A stretch of DNA of 64,000 nucleotides from Azolla caroliniana (GCA_043228905.1 JBHGNT010000001.1:22134001-22198000); one strand, 5' to 3'; shown: positions 36,915 to 49,111, numbered from the stretch's first letter. Numbers and translations: made by a program. The notes: a model not told the origin generated them from the letters alone.

Positions 36915-37515
36915 TGTTGGGATTACGGTCCCTTCTCATGGGATGGTCGGATACCGGAGATGGATGCCGACAAGCCGGTTTCGGTTTCGGATCCGGATGA
37001 CGAAGACCCCGGTTTCGGTACCGGATGACGAATGTACCCGGAGAGCGATCCGGATGCAGGGACATATCCGTGAATATGTTCGCTATGGGCCTCTGAGGCT
37101 ACAGTTGTAAATAGCCCAAAGTCATATAAGTATAAATATGACTTAGGGCAAACGTTTTTGTTGTTGCTTCTCATTTTTCTGTTTTTCCACTTTAGAGGAG
37201 TGAAGAGAGAGCAGCCGTGAGAGCGCGAGAGAGAAAGAGGTAGACGCCTCTGTGTATTTCCGCCGCCTGTGGCGAGGACAGCGAGCTCAAGGTCGTCGCC
37301 TTGGAGCTCGTCATTGTATACTTCTCTGTATAGTGTTGTTTGGAGTCTTGTACTCCCGTGGTTTTTCCCCGTTTAGGGTTTTCCACGTTAATCCTTGTGT
37401 ACTCGCGTTTCTTCGTTTTGTTTCTACGTGTGTTTCCTATTTTCTGCTCCATTGATCCGCGATTAATCGGTTGTGGCCGAGATAAGAAGGTGAATCCAAT
37501 CGTCGATTCCTTACA
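36915..37515 (+). repeat. Copia-5 3' LTR
   Basis: Near-identical to 32199-32801. Confidence 0.97.
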
Positions 37516-37724
37516 AAATCGGCCTTCGGGCAATTAGAGGTCATGGTCGTCGGACACCTATGCGGGTTGTACGACCGGAAACCGTCTCCGGCTAAGGTAG
37601 AAGCCATCTCCGCGATGAAGCACAACTGTAGCTCGGTCACGGAGGTTCGGAGGTTCTTGGGAGCATGCGCGTTCTACCACATATGGATCCCGCATTACGC
37701 CCACGTCGCGGAGCCGTTATACGG

Positions 37725-38346
37725 TGTTGTGAAGAAAACCGTCCACAAGCGGAATCGGTGCACCGGAGCGTAGGAACCGGCTCTTCATGCACGTGCGCCT
37801 TATGTTGTACATAGGAGATCCTAGGCAGGCAGATTCGGTAGGTAGGAAGTAAAGGGGAAACGGTTCCTTCCTTGCCTATAAAAGGAGGGAGACGAGGAGG
37901 GGCGAAGGGATCGGGGAGAGTCGAGGACGAAGTGTTGTCGGTTTGTGTGCGAAGGCTTCTCTCTCTCTCTGGTTCGCAAACTCCATAGCTTCCTTCTGTG
38001 CAGGTTTCGGGAGGCTCGCGCTGCTCTGAGGAATGCCCAAGTGCTTCCGGCAGCACCTCCAACCTACTCCTTACTTTCTGTGCGTTTACGAACAGGTATC
38101 GGCATTTGTTCGCCGGCCTGTTCGGTTGTAACCGACTTCGTGTTTTGTTGTCTTTCTTTGTTAATACATACATACATTCATGTCTCTCTGTGTCGTTGTC
38201 CCACTCGCGTCTTTGTGTCGAAGGGCCGTGACCCTGTGAATCTACTCTCGCACGTAGTGGGTCTCTTCTCTTTTCTCTCTTGCTCTTCGGTACAGGACCC
38301 CCGAGGTCCCGCCTCATTCCACGCATCCGCGAGGAATACCTCGACA
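37725..38346 (+). mobile_element. Solo LTR of the Gypsy-P family in the Gypsy-P1 pol
   Basis: TGTTGTGAAGAAAACC...TCGACA; 4-bp TSD ACGG; removal restores EPLYGLLKKGRKFEW. Confidence 0.92.
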
Positions 38347-38811
38347 ACGGGTTGCTGAAAAAGGGGCGAAAATTCGAGTGGAGAGACGAGCATACGGAGT
38401 CTGTCTGAAAGATGAAGGAAGCGCTTGCCGCAGCTCCGGCGCTCCGAAAGGCTATCTACGGAAAGGACACTCAAATTTACGTAACGGTAGACACGAGTCC
38501 GACCGGGATCGGATGGGTCGTCAACCAAGAGGATGAGGACGGCATGCGTTTCCCGATCCGGTTCGACGCGAAGGTCCTCAGCGAGCGACAGCGAGGATAC
38601 GCCCAGGTTAAACGCGAGCTCTGGGGTATCGTTTCGGCGGTAAAGGCCGATAAAGACTACCTGATCGGAACTAAGGTAATTATCGAGATGGACTACCTGT
38701 CAATTCTTGGCATGGTTTCCGGATGCACGACACCGGACCTGGCAATGCTCAGGTGGATAGCGTACATCAACTCCCTGAATCCGGAAATACGACACATTTC
38801 CGGGAAAGACA

Positions 38812-40284
38812 ATGCCATACGAGGGCGGCATGGTTTCGGAGGACGAGGAAGTCGGCGTGGACTTCTTCGAGGCAGCTTACATAACAATCGGCAGGGAATG
38901 CACTCCAACGCTTAACGATTTCGACGAGAGCAAGTACAACGGGGAGTGGCTGCAGATCAGCGGGTTCCTGAAAACAATGACACCGGACACAGCATGGACA
39001 AAGGATGAGGTCAACCGGATTCGGAAGAAAGCGTACCGATTCTTTCTCCGGGACGGGTACATATGGAAGCACCCGAAGAAGAAGAACAACATCCCGCTCC
39101 GTGTGGTGGCGAAGAAGGAGGAACAGGAGGATTTGCTGGCGGTGTACCACGATAGTCCTTGGGCTAGACACCGTAGAACGTGGGCCACGTTCGAAAAGCT
39201 AAAGGGGAAGTGTTGGTGGCCGGGACTATACCGGGACGTGCATCGGTTCGTGACGACTTGCGAAAGTTGTCAGGTGCACTCCATGATCCGACACCGGGAC
39301 GAGCTTCACCCGACCTACCCTCCGACCACCCACTTCAAGTGGATGGTGGATTTGGTGACGATGCCAATGGGGGTGGGACAGATGCGGTATCTAGTGCTGG
39401 CTCGGGAGGATCTAACGAATCAGGTTGAAGGCCGAGCCCTACAGAACAAGATGACTGCGGCCGTGTGCCGGTTTTTTATTAAGGGCGTGGTATGTCGATA
39501 CAGGTGCGTAGGGAAGATTGTGGCTAATCGTGGTGAGTTGGACGCAGAAGAGGCCGAAGAACTGTTCGACCGGATAGGAGTCAAACTTTCGCTCACCACA
39601 GCGTACAATCCGGAGGCGAACGGGAAGGTAGAGCGCGGACATAGGCCGATTGTCAAAGCGCTAGTACGGGCGTGCGGAGGCCAAGTCGGGAACTGGCCAC
39701 GGCTGCTACCTTATGCCTTGTGGGCGGACCGGACTACGCACAGTTCGGTAATCGGGTTCATGTCGGCAGAGCTTATGCTCGGACAGAAGCCGATCATGCC
39801 AACGGAGCGAACAATCTCCTCGTGGGCCACGATGGATTGGAGGGATGAGATGAGCCGGGCGGAGCTGTTGGCGGCGCGGATTCGACAGCTCGAGCGGAGG
39901 CCGGAGGACGTAGAGCGAGCTGCGGAGAAACTTCGGGTAGCGAGGATAAGGAACAAAGCCCGGTTCGACCGAACGCACCGGCTCCGGCCAAGGAAGATCG
40001 AGGAAGGCGATTGGGTCCTAGTCTACGACAGTAGCCTCGACAATCAGCACAGGGCCACGCGGAAGTTTGCGAGGAGGTGGTTCGGGCCTTACGTAGTAAC
40101 AGGCGCCAATGACAATGGGACGTACCATCTCGCGGAGCTCGACGGTACGAGAATGGTGATACCAATAGCAGGGAAGAGGATCAAAGCGTTCAAGAAACGA
40201 CACGACGGTGAGCCGGAGCTAGGGGGCATGGACAGCAACGACGAGGAGCCCGAGGCGGAGGACGAACCGGTAAACAAGGAATAA
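38812..40284 (+). pseudogene. Gypsy-P1 integrase (HHCC, core, FGPY; no chromodomain)
   Basis: H..H..CESC, WMVDLV, NPEANGKVER, WFGPYVV; separated from the RH by a frameshift. Confidence 0.88.
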
Positions 40285-40360
40285 AAGCAAGGACCGGTTT
40301 TCTCCCGTAGGAACCCAATTTTGGCACAGACCTGTGGATGCGCGGTTAGGTGGGGGAGGA

Positions 40361-40999
40361 TGTCGTGAAGAAAACCGTCCCCAGGCGCAAACCATGTATA
40401 GCATGTGTGAACCGGCCCTTACACGTGGGCACGCCCCTTGTTGTATAGTAGATAGGTAGGCACAAAAGTCGAATCCTAGGTAGCAATATTCTATAGAGAG
40501 AATTAATGTGATGTAAACGGGTGAAACGGCCTCCCTCCTTGAGCTATAAAAGAGAGGGAGACAGGGAGAGAAGGTATCGCGCGCTAGAGGGGACGAAGTG
40601 CTATCAGACTGGGACCGAGCTCTTCTTCTCTGTCGTTCTCCATAGCTTTCTTTTGCGCAGGTTCTCAGGAGGCTGATTCTACTCCGTGGAACGCCCGTGT
40701 GCTTCCGGTAGAATCTCCATCTTGCTCCCATGTGTGCGTGGGTGATCAGACGTCGACATCCATCTCGCCGACCTGATCGGCTGTAACCGTTCGAGTCGTC
40801 TGCATACATACAAATACATACATATATTTATATACATACACTAGTGTTCTCAACTCGTGTCTCCTGTGTTGTTGGGCCGCGTCCCTGTGCGCTTCTTTGT
40901 CTATCTCTCTCTCTCTCTCTTCCTTTTCTCACCTATTCCTCGGTCCAAGACCCCAGTGGTCCCGCCTTGTTCTCCACGTACGCGCGTAACAAAGCGACA
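40361..40999 (+). repeat. Gypsy-P1 3' LTR
   Basis: TGTCGTGAAGAAAACC...GCGACA after the PPT; homologous to 37725-38346 and 48392-49111. Confidence 0.88.
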
Positions 41000-41070
41000 G
41001 CGTCACCCGGACTTGAACCTCGAACCTTGTAATCCATACTTGAAAACCTCAACCATTAAGATAGTTTATT
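41000..41070 (-). other. tRNA-like (Pol III A/B-box) cassette in LTR U3
   Basis: Minus strand reads ATCTT-AATGGTT-GAGGT ... GGTTCAAGTCC; same 35-nt spacing as the copy at 12768-12837. Confidence 0.55.
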
Positions 41071-41132
41071 GTTATATAAAAAAATAAAAGCTACTTCTTA
41101 TATTACATTGATTATTGTAAAAACTCTAGATT

Positions 41133-41182
41133 ATTCTAGAATGTTCTAGAATGTCCTTGAGCATTCTAGAACATTCTAGAAA
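41133..41182. promoter_or_regulatory. Two perfect 4-unit heat-shock elements
   Basis: aTTCtaGAAtgTTCtaGAAt (41133-41152) and aTTCtaGAAcaTTCtaGAAa (41163-41182) just upstream of the TATA box. Confidence 0.75.
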
Positions 41183-41405
41183 TCTCTAAGCTATTCTATA
41201 GGAACCTATAAATAAGGGCATACATGTATTCTCAAATCAATTCGAATCAACACTAGTCTTTAGCTCTCATTACATATCTTGTATCCCTTCTCTTTCTTTC
41301 TCTATCTTATACATCCATTCTTCTCTTAGTATTTGGTTCCTTTCTTCTCATGTTCTCTAATATCCTTCTTCCATCACTCTATCTTTTATCCTTGGTTCTG
41401 ACAGT

Positions 41406-41412
41406 TTGATTC

Positions 41413-41417
<5 letters not shown>
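41406..41417 (+). promoter_or_regulatory. Self-priming PBS (Tf1-type)
   Basis: TTGATTCGAATT is the exact reverse complement of AATTCGAATCAA at 41239-41250, about 32 nt after the TATA box; no tRNA-type PBS. Confidence 0.82.
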
Positions 41418-41448
<31 letters not shown>

Positions 41449-41473
41449 CCTCCTTTGTAACCATCCTGAAACC

Positions 41474-44400
41474 ATGGCTGCCATTAACTCAGAAGAATAT
41501 CTCACCCTTGTTGCAGAAATGGAGAACCTTAAATCCAAATTCGCATCTCTTGAAGTAGAGAATCAACGTCTACTTGGGGATCTACAAAAGGTTACTATAG
41601 AGAAGCCACAACAACAAGGGGAGTTCACGCGACGAGTGCAACAGTTAGAGTCGACAATCGTAGTGTTACAACAACAAAGGGTTGAAGGTCAGGGACTTAT
41701 CAAGGAGCCCAAAATTAGCCTCCCAACTAAATTTGATGGGTCGAGGGCGCATTTCCGAGGTTTTTTGAATCAAGTATGGTTGGTGATTCAAATGCATCCC
41801 GCGTGTTATCCAACAGATGCATCACGAGTCGGGCTAGTGGGCACCTTATTGACTGGCATAGCGTTGTCGTGGTTTGCTCCATTGCTAGAGAACAATTCTC
41901 CTCTACTGAATAATTTTGAGGAATTTATCAAGGAATTTAAGGCGTGTTTTGGAGATACTGATGGGGCGAGAACAGCTATCAACAAGATTCATACACTTCC
42001 TCAAGGTGATCAACCAGCTTCGACATATGTTGCCAATTTCCGTCTCATCGCAAGCGATATTCCTTGGGATGAACAAGCCCTAATGGAGCAATTCCGTTCA
42101 GGCCTTTGTAGTGATGTCAAAGACTTACTTCTTACCTTCCCCGAGGATCCAAGGTCACTTACAGAAGCTATTAGTCGAGCAATACGGTGTGATAATCACC
42201 TTTTTGAGCGTCGATGTGAGCGACAACAACAATAACAAGATCAAGATTCACACCAACTTATGCATCAGTAACGGCGCAATCATCCCCAAGGCAAATGTAT
42301 AGCCCTGCTCCAACTCCAAGGCAAACACGTAGTCCAAACCCAATGGATAGTCCTGCACCCATGGAGATCGATATGACTCAACGACGAGGACCGTTGTCAG
42401 GCGAAGAGAAGCAACGTCATCGAGCAAACCATATGTGCTTATATTGCGGAGGTCCAAGACATATAGCCATTCATTGCTCCCGTAGGCCGAGACGTCAGGT
42501 AAATCAAATTCACTATGACAATAAAAATGAGTCCAACATTTTAGAAGCAGTTAGTGAATCTAATATTATGAATAATCCACCCTTGTCCAATAAATTTGAA
42601 GTCCTAAGCCAATTAGAAGAGGAGTCAAACGAATAAGTCCGGCCAAAATAGGAGCCATTTGGTTGGACAACCCTAAATATGTACAACCTAGTGTGGGTTC
42701 CATTTCTTCCAAGCATGTTAGTAGAGTCTTCTCAGCCCTAGTACAAGTTAGGACACCTAGTTGTCAACTTCAAGTCCAAGCCCTCTTAGATACTAGAGCC
42801 AATTCTTGTTTCATGGATAGAGATTTTTCCCAAAAACACCAAATATCCTTGCATACACTTCCTTGTCCAGTTTCCGTAGTAGTGATTGATGGACGCCCCA
42901 TAGCTTCCGGGAAGATATTTGAAGAGTCTGAGCCAATACACATACTCTTGGGTGATTTAGGATGTGTAGTTTCCCTTAACATAATCCGTAGTCATGAGCA
43001 TCCAATTGTCCTCGGTTTGCCATGGTTCAAGCTACATAACCCTAGAATCGATTGGAGGAAGCGAGAAATTAGGTGCCCTTTAGCAGAAAATATCATTGTC
43101 AAGGATCGAACTCGGGATTATCCTCCTAAAGTATATAGTTCTACCGATGCACCATATCCTTCTCATCAAATTTCAGCCATCACATTGCAACAATTATGCC
43201 AAGTGGGAGGCAAGGAGGACCTTTTCTTATTTGCAGTATCAATGACACCTTCTAGTGTCACTCAAGGGAATTCAGACATCCAAATTCTCAAAAAATATCA
43301 AGACTATGCTGATGTTTTCGACAAAGTCAAAGCTAGTGTTCTTCCAAAGCATCGGCCGTATGACTGTCCTATTGATCTCCAACCAAAAAAAGAGCCACTG
43401 TGGGGTCCGATTTACAATTTATCACCCACTGAGCTTGAGGTTCTTCGAGAATACATTGAGGAAAATCTTGCACATGGGTTTATTCGACATTCAAAGTCTC
43501 CAGTTGGTGCTCCTATCTTTTTTGTGAAGAAAGAGGACGGCTCCCTTCGTTTGGTCGTGGACTATCGAGGCTTAAAAAAAATCACCATAAGGAATAGGTA
43601 TGCTTTACCTTTAATCTCCAATCTCTTAGAACGCATTGGTGGGGCAAAGCATTTTACCAAAATTGATCTAAGGGGTGCATATAATCTTGTTCAAATTCGG
43701 CCGGGAGATGAGTGGAAAACAACATTTCGTACTCGGTATGGTCATTTCGAGTATACAGTCATGCATTTCGGGCTCACAAATGCACCTACAGTATTCCAAC
43801 ATATGGCAAATGACATCTTCCGGGATTTCTTGGATATTTTTCTAATCATCTACCTAGATGATCTATTGATTTACTCTAAAACATAGGGGGAGCATGATAT
43901 ACATGTGCGGCAAGTACTTGAACGCCTAAGGAAGTGTGGTCTTTATGCCAAACTTGAGAAATGCAGTTTTGATTGCAAACAAGTCAAATTTTTGGGATAC
44001 ACTATTTCATCCCAGGGTGTTTTCATGGACCCGGCAAAAGTCCAAACAATATTGGAATGGAAACCCCCATGCTCAGTTCGGGATGTCCAGTGTTTCCTTG
44101 GATTTGCGAACTTCTATCGCAAATTCATACATAATTATTCAAGCATTGTGTGGCCCCTTACTCAACTCACCAAGAAAAATCAAGCATTTTTTTGGAGTGT
44201 CGAAGCGGACAAGGCTTTTACGCAGCTGAAAGAGGCATTCACATCAGCACCCATCCTAGCACATATTGATCCTGAAAAGCCATTTACTATTGAGGCGGAT
44301 GCATCAGACTTTGCATTGGGGAGTATCCTATCGCAACCAGGCGAGGACATGCAAACACATCCAGTCGCATTTCACTCGAGAAAATTTACTGTTTCAGAGA

Positions 44401-45606
44401 TAAACTATGAGGTGCATGACAAGGAGTTACTAGCTATGGTCGACTCATTCGAGCAATGGCGTCATTTTCTAGAAGGATCACCTCATCAGATTATCATTTA
44501 TAGTGATCACAAAAATCTCACATATTTTCAAATAGCTCGAGTATTAAATAGACAACAAGCTCAGTGGGCCCAATTTCTAACACGTTTCGATTTCAAGATC
44601 ATTTTTCGCCCCGGAAAACAACAAGGGAAAGCAGATGCTCTTTCTCGGCGTTCATATCTAGCACTTCGACCTGGAGATCCGGCCTTTGACAATCAAAAGC
44701 AAACTCTCCTCGGGCCATCAAAGCTATAGGTAACAACAATTTATGCCACGCCACTTGATTCTACCCTTCTTGACACTATTCGGCAACAACTTCATTCGGA
44801 TGATTTTGCTAAGGATGTCTTAGCCCACTGTGGTTCAAGTCGTCCATCTTGCTCCACATTGCCAAGCTCATTTCAACATTATCAGGACTTCAAGTGGCAA
44901 GATGGCTTACCCTTCTACAAGAATCTCCTTTACGTCCCCGACAGATCACCCCGACTTCAAGTGTTGGAACATTGTCATGACGCCCCCATGCCTGGACATT
45001 TTGGTATTTCCAAGACCAGTGAGCTGGTGAAACGTTCGTTTTGGTGGCCTCACTTGCAAAAATTTGTCGAAGATTATGTTCGTACTTGTGACACCTGCTG
45101 TCGCACCAAAATACCCCGGCATCACCCTTATGGCTTACTACAACCATTACCCCCTCCCAACAAGCCATGGCAGTCTATTTCTATGGATTTCATTACGGAT
45201 CTACCACCTTCCAAAGCCTTTGATACTATTTTAACAATAGTGGATCGGTTCACCAAGATGGCACATTTTGTACCATGTGTAAAGACCATCAATAGTGAAG
45301 AAACTGCAGATCTCATTATGCGTGAAGTGTTTCGCCATCATGGTCTCCTGAATGATATTATTAGCGATCGAGGTCCTCAATTTATCTCACACTTTTGGAA
45401 GCACCTATGGGCAGGCCTCAAAATCTCTTGCAAACTGTCTTCGGCTTATCATCCACAAACTGACGGACAAACAGAGTGCACAAATCAAACGCTCGAGCAA
45501 TATCTTCGATGTTTCATTAGTTATCAACAAGATGATTGGAGTAATATTTTCCATCTTGCCGAGTTTGCATACAACAACACGACCCACTCTTCTACCAAAG
45601 TTACAC
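41474..45606 (+). pseudogene. Chromovirus B gag-pol with several stops and frameshifts
   Basis: Gag PTKFDG and CLYCGG; protease ALLDT; RT YLDD; RH EADASD; IN SISMDFITDLP, SDRGPQF, HPQTDGQTE. Confidence 0.92.
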
Positions 45607-48368
45607 TTGGTTCCATGATCGTCGGGTCCACGCACCCGATCTCCCCCAACGCGAATGCGAAGGCCTTACCATGCCTTCCAAGCATTCTCCGAAACCTCTC
45701 CTCCTTTACCGGTAGTAGGAAGCCACCACCATCGACCTTGAGCTCCCGTAGCGTTATGTCGGTGAACTGGTGTCCTATGCCGGTCGGATTCCACAAACTT
45801 GGGTCTCACGTGACCCCTTTCATTTGTTCCTCGCTGCCCTCCGGCAAGGGGGCTGCAACTGGCCTCACCTTCCAGTCCACAGCCTTGTACCTCGTATCCA
45901 CGCAAGCCGTCCGATCTGACCTAACCCTTTCCCTGAAGTCTGCAATGACTTTGTACATTTCCACCGAGTTGACTGGAATCACTTGGTCTTCATTGAGGCC
46001 TTCATCGATCACCTTTCCCATTTCCCCCCAGGTGTCGTCGAAAGAGACCACCTCCACGGCGCTGCTAATTCCTTCGTCAGGGCGGAGGACCCCGCACTCT
46101 CTGAAAAGTTCCTCGGCCTTCTTCTTCTCCCGGTCATCGACGTCGGCTATCGTACAACCTCCGTTATTGGAGACCCAAAACCGGAGTGTCCGGACTATCA
46201 CGGCCCCATGCCTTGATAGCCCTCTCTAAAAATCCCCTCAGTTGTCGCCGCCGAGGGTCTCGCGGTTATGCTCATGGTTCGGTTGCACTGCCAGAAATTG
46301 GATGGAGTGTCGTTCATCTTGGCTCTTCACACGCGCGTACACCGAACCGTTATCCAGCACCTTTGTCTCCATGCATGCAGCCGTAATGTACGATTCGCCA
46401 AGTATCACCGGGTGCGAGGATGTCTCCTGCATGAAGAAGTGTTGATCAATCTCGACATCACCAATCTTCACACGTACATTCGGGCAAGCCCCGTGCAGCT
46501 CCTCCGTGGCACGTGTTGCCGCGCGTATCTTCCACCCATGCTTGGTGTTGATCGGCCACTTCCCTTTTTTATAGAAGTCCATAAACATCAGGTTGATCTC
46601 CGACCCATGGTCGATCAGCGCCACTACCGGCTCCTGGACATTCCTGACCCGAACTAGGGTTTCCGTAGTAGCCCTGGCCCAGTGCAACTTCGAATAGTGG
46701 CTCTCCGCCAACTCGTTTTCCAGGGCCGCATCCTCCAGGTGCGTCGTTCGCACCTCCACCGGCTTCTCCAACTCCGGCTCCGTTGAGAGCCGTTTACGCT
46801 TCACCAAGTCCACGATGGAATCGTGGAACTCCTTCTTGGCGATCCCAAGCACCTCCCTCAACGACAACTCCACCTTGCTATTGAAATTCCGCTCCTCAAG
46901 AACCTTCCACAGGTCCATCGTCCTTTCGATTTCGGTGCTCAACCGGTAACCGGTCGGCCTTGCTTTGTCTGTCATGCCGGGATTGCTGGCTTCATTCCTC
47001 TTCAGCCCGAACCAGGTCTCGTACCGATTCTGGGCCGTGGTCCCACCGGCCTTCCCTACCCTCTTATCATCCACCAAAATGTCATAGTTATGGCATGCGG
47101 CTTCCACGAAGCCGGTCTTCTCCTCTACCGGGTCGTCCCACCTGGTGATCTCCCAGACCCACTGCTCCGCGCGGTCCGCTTCTTCCCTCTTCAGTCGTGC
47201 GTCGGAGAGGCCTTCTAGCTCTTCTAGCACCAAGGGCCAGAAGCCGAATTCTTTCGTTTTCCGATCTTCGTTACCACCTACCCGGATTCCGGCAGATGCC
47301 GAATAATGGATAGCTTCTACATGGCGCGCCTCCGCTTCTTCCATTAACCGCTTCATCCTGCCGCGCCCGAAATTTTTCTCTACGGCTCTCCGGGTATAAA
47401 CACCGTGCACCCGTTCATTCCATAGGTACACCATATTACCCCTGAGGGCCTCGGCAAACTCCACACAATCTTGCTGGCGCACCATATACACCGTTGTCCA
47501 ACCGGTGGCCTCCGGTCGTGTGGCTGCCCTCCATTGTCTCTCCGGGCCTACGCGATCTTTAAGTTGCGCACCATTTGTGTCAGCTCCTCAAGAGCCGCTC
47601 CTCCGGATGGGCCCTTCACAGCGTCGGTCGATGTTGAGCCCGTCTCAAGCCAATCCTGGGTTCCCTCTTTTCGTGTCGGCGAAGGCTCATCGAAGTTCTT
47701 TGTCGGGACGGGTCTCGCCACCGACGATCCCTCGCCGCCCCATTCACGCCGTTTGTCAAAACGGCCACAGACTCTCTTCACCATGGCCCAGTCGGCCGTC
47801 AACCCGTCATCCATCTCCAGTAGGAGACCCACTTGATCCCAATCCCGCACATCCACCGCTTTGACAAACAATAGGACCCGGCTCGTGTCTAGCACGGTCA
47901 TGTTCAATGTCGAGAGTTGTGCGAAGCGTTCTTCGAACTCCCGGAGGAGCTTCGACGCATTCCTCCCCTTTTCGGGGGTCTCCACCCACTCCATGAAGTC
48001 TCGCTTCGATAACCGAAACGCGTCATCAAGCCCGTACCATTCAAGGAGCCGTGCTTCGAATTCTACCCAGGTCCGGCATCCGGCCTGTACCTCGAGCACC
48101 TCTGTGTGGATGCCCGGTGTCGCCACCCAAGGGAACCCGGCCAGACGCCTATCCTCCAGAATGTCCCTCATCACCATCTCGGCCCAGTAGGCCTCCAAAT
48201 AGCTCGTGGCGTCGTTTCCACTGAACCGGCCTATTGTGCCGACAATTGCTTCAATGGCCCTATCGAGGGCGCTCGTGCCCTCGCAAGCACTTACTATCCG
48301 ATCGATTGCTGCCAACATGGCTTCGGCGAGCTCTGATCCCCTCATCTTCGACTCCTCTGCCGCCTTGT

Positions 48369-48386
48369 TTCACCTCAGGTTCACCA
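48369..48386 (-). promoter_or_regulatory. PBS, probably tRNA-Trp
   Basis: TGGTGAACCTGAGGTGAA resembles the complement of the plant tRNA-Trp 3' end (TGGTGAACCCGACGTGAA, recalled), 5 nt from the LTR. Confidence 0.65.
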
Positions 48387-48391
48387 AATAA

Positions 48392-49111
48392 TGTCTTCTT
48401 GTTTCGCTCTCTCGTGGTAAATAAGGCGGGACCGCGAGGGCCCTGAACTGAGGAGCAAGAGAAAGAAGAGGAAGTTAGAAGCGCGCACGCGTAGGGCCAG
48501 TTAGGCCTATTTACAACCTGCTGAATGAACCACCAACGTGTATACCGACTGAACAAGAAGCACGCTTGGAGAAAAAAAAAGGAGACTCACAAAAACACAG
48601 ATAGACGAAAAATAGGAGATTCAATTACAATACAATGTTTGCAAGATTACAATTGGCTAGCCGGCAAGAGACCCTACCCAGACGATCACACACCCATGCA
48701 CGCACGTTGTGGAGCCTCTGCCGAAAGCACACGGGCTTTCCTCGAAGCAGAGGCAACCGAATAAGAAAACCTACAGAGAATAACGATAGACAGAGGAGAG
48801 AGCTCGGTTCCCAATCCGACGACACCTCGTCCTTGCCCAAAACATGATATCTGGTTTGGTCTCCTCTCCTACCTTTTATAGGTCGTCGGAGAGAAGCCGT
48901 TGCAGCTTGGTCACGTCACCCTTATTCCCTGTCCCTTCGGACAGGGATATGCATTGATTTCCTAGCTAATGAACGCGTACTACCTAGTATATTTATATCA
49001 GCCAAATAATTCCTAGTTATGTACAAGGTGTTGGTTGGTTTGCACACGCGTAAGGGCCAGTTCCTGCCCCCCTTTCCCCGATTACGCCTAAGGCTGGTTT
49101 TCTTCACAACA
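48392..49111 (-). repeat. Gypsy-P2 5' LTR
   Basis: Minus strand TGTTGTGAAGAAAACC...GAAGACA. Confidence 0.88.

Larger units (their letters stand above)
32199..37515 (+). mobile_element. Copia-5, intact and very young Tnt1-like LTR retrotransposon
   Basis: LTRs of 603 and 601 bp differ by about 1 substitution and one 2-bp indel; TSD AAATC; PBS 32805-32816; PPT 36903-36912; uninterrupted ORF. Confidence 0.98.
30199..40999 (+). mobile_element. Gypsy-P1, non-chromoviral Ty3/gypsy (Phygy-like by inference), 5'-truncated; hosts Copia-5 and a solo LTR
   Basis: Protease ALVDHG, RT FLDD near 32040, RH VDTSPTG, integrase 38812-40284, PPT TGGGGGAGGA, 3' LTR 40361-40999. Confidence 0.88.
41000..41403 (+). 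repeat. Chromovirus B 5' LTR (first few bases missing)
   Basis: Same layout as 12762-13900: tRNA-like segment, AT-rich spacer, TTCTAGAA array, TATAAATA at 41207, CT-rich region. Confidence 0.85.
41000..45606 (+). mobile_element. Chromovirus B (Tcn1/Tf-like), 3'-truncated within the integrase
   Basis: 5' LTR ending CTGACA at 41403, self-priming site, gag-PR-RT-RH-IN order. Confidence 0.92.
45607..49111 (-). mobile_element. Gypsy-P2, 5' half (LTR, PBS, gag, protease, start of pol); inserted in Copia-6
   Basis: LTR 48392-49111; gag 47548-48345 and 46238-47491 closely match Gypsy-P1 at 30199-31560. Confidence 0.9.

Noticed and set aside
44859-46229. 456-aa ORF as a novel integrase fusion protein
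   Set aside because: The second half is the antisense reading of Gypsy-P2 pol across a deletion junction
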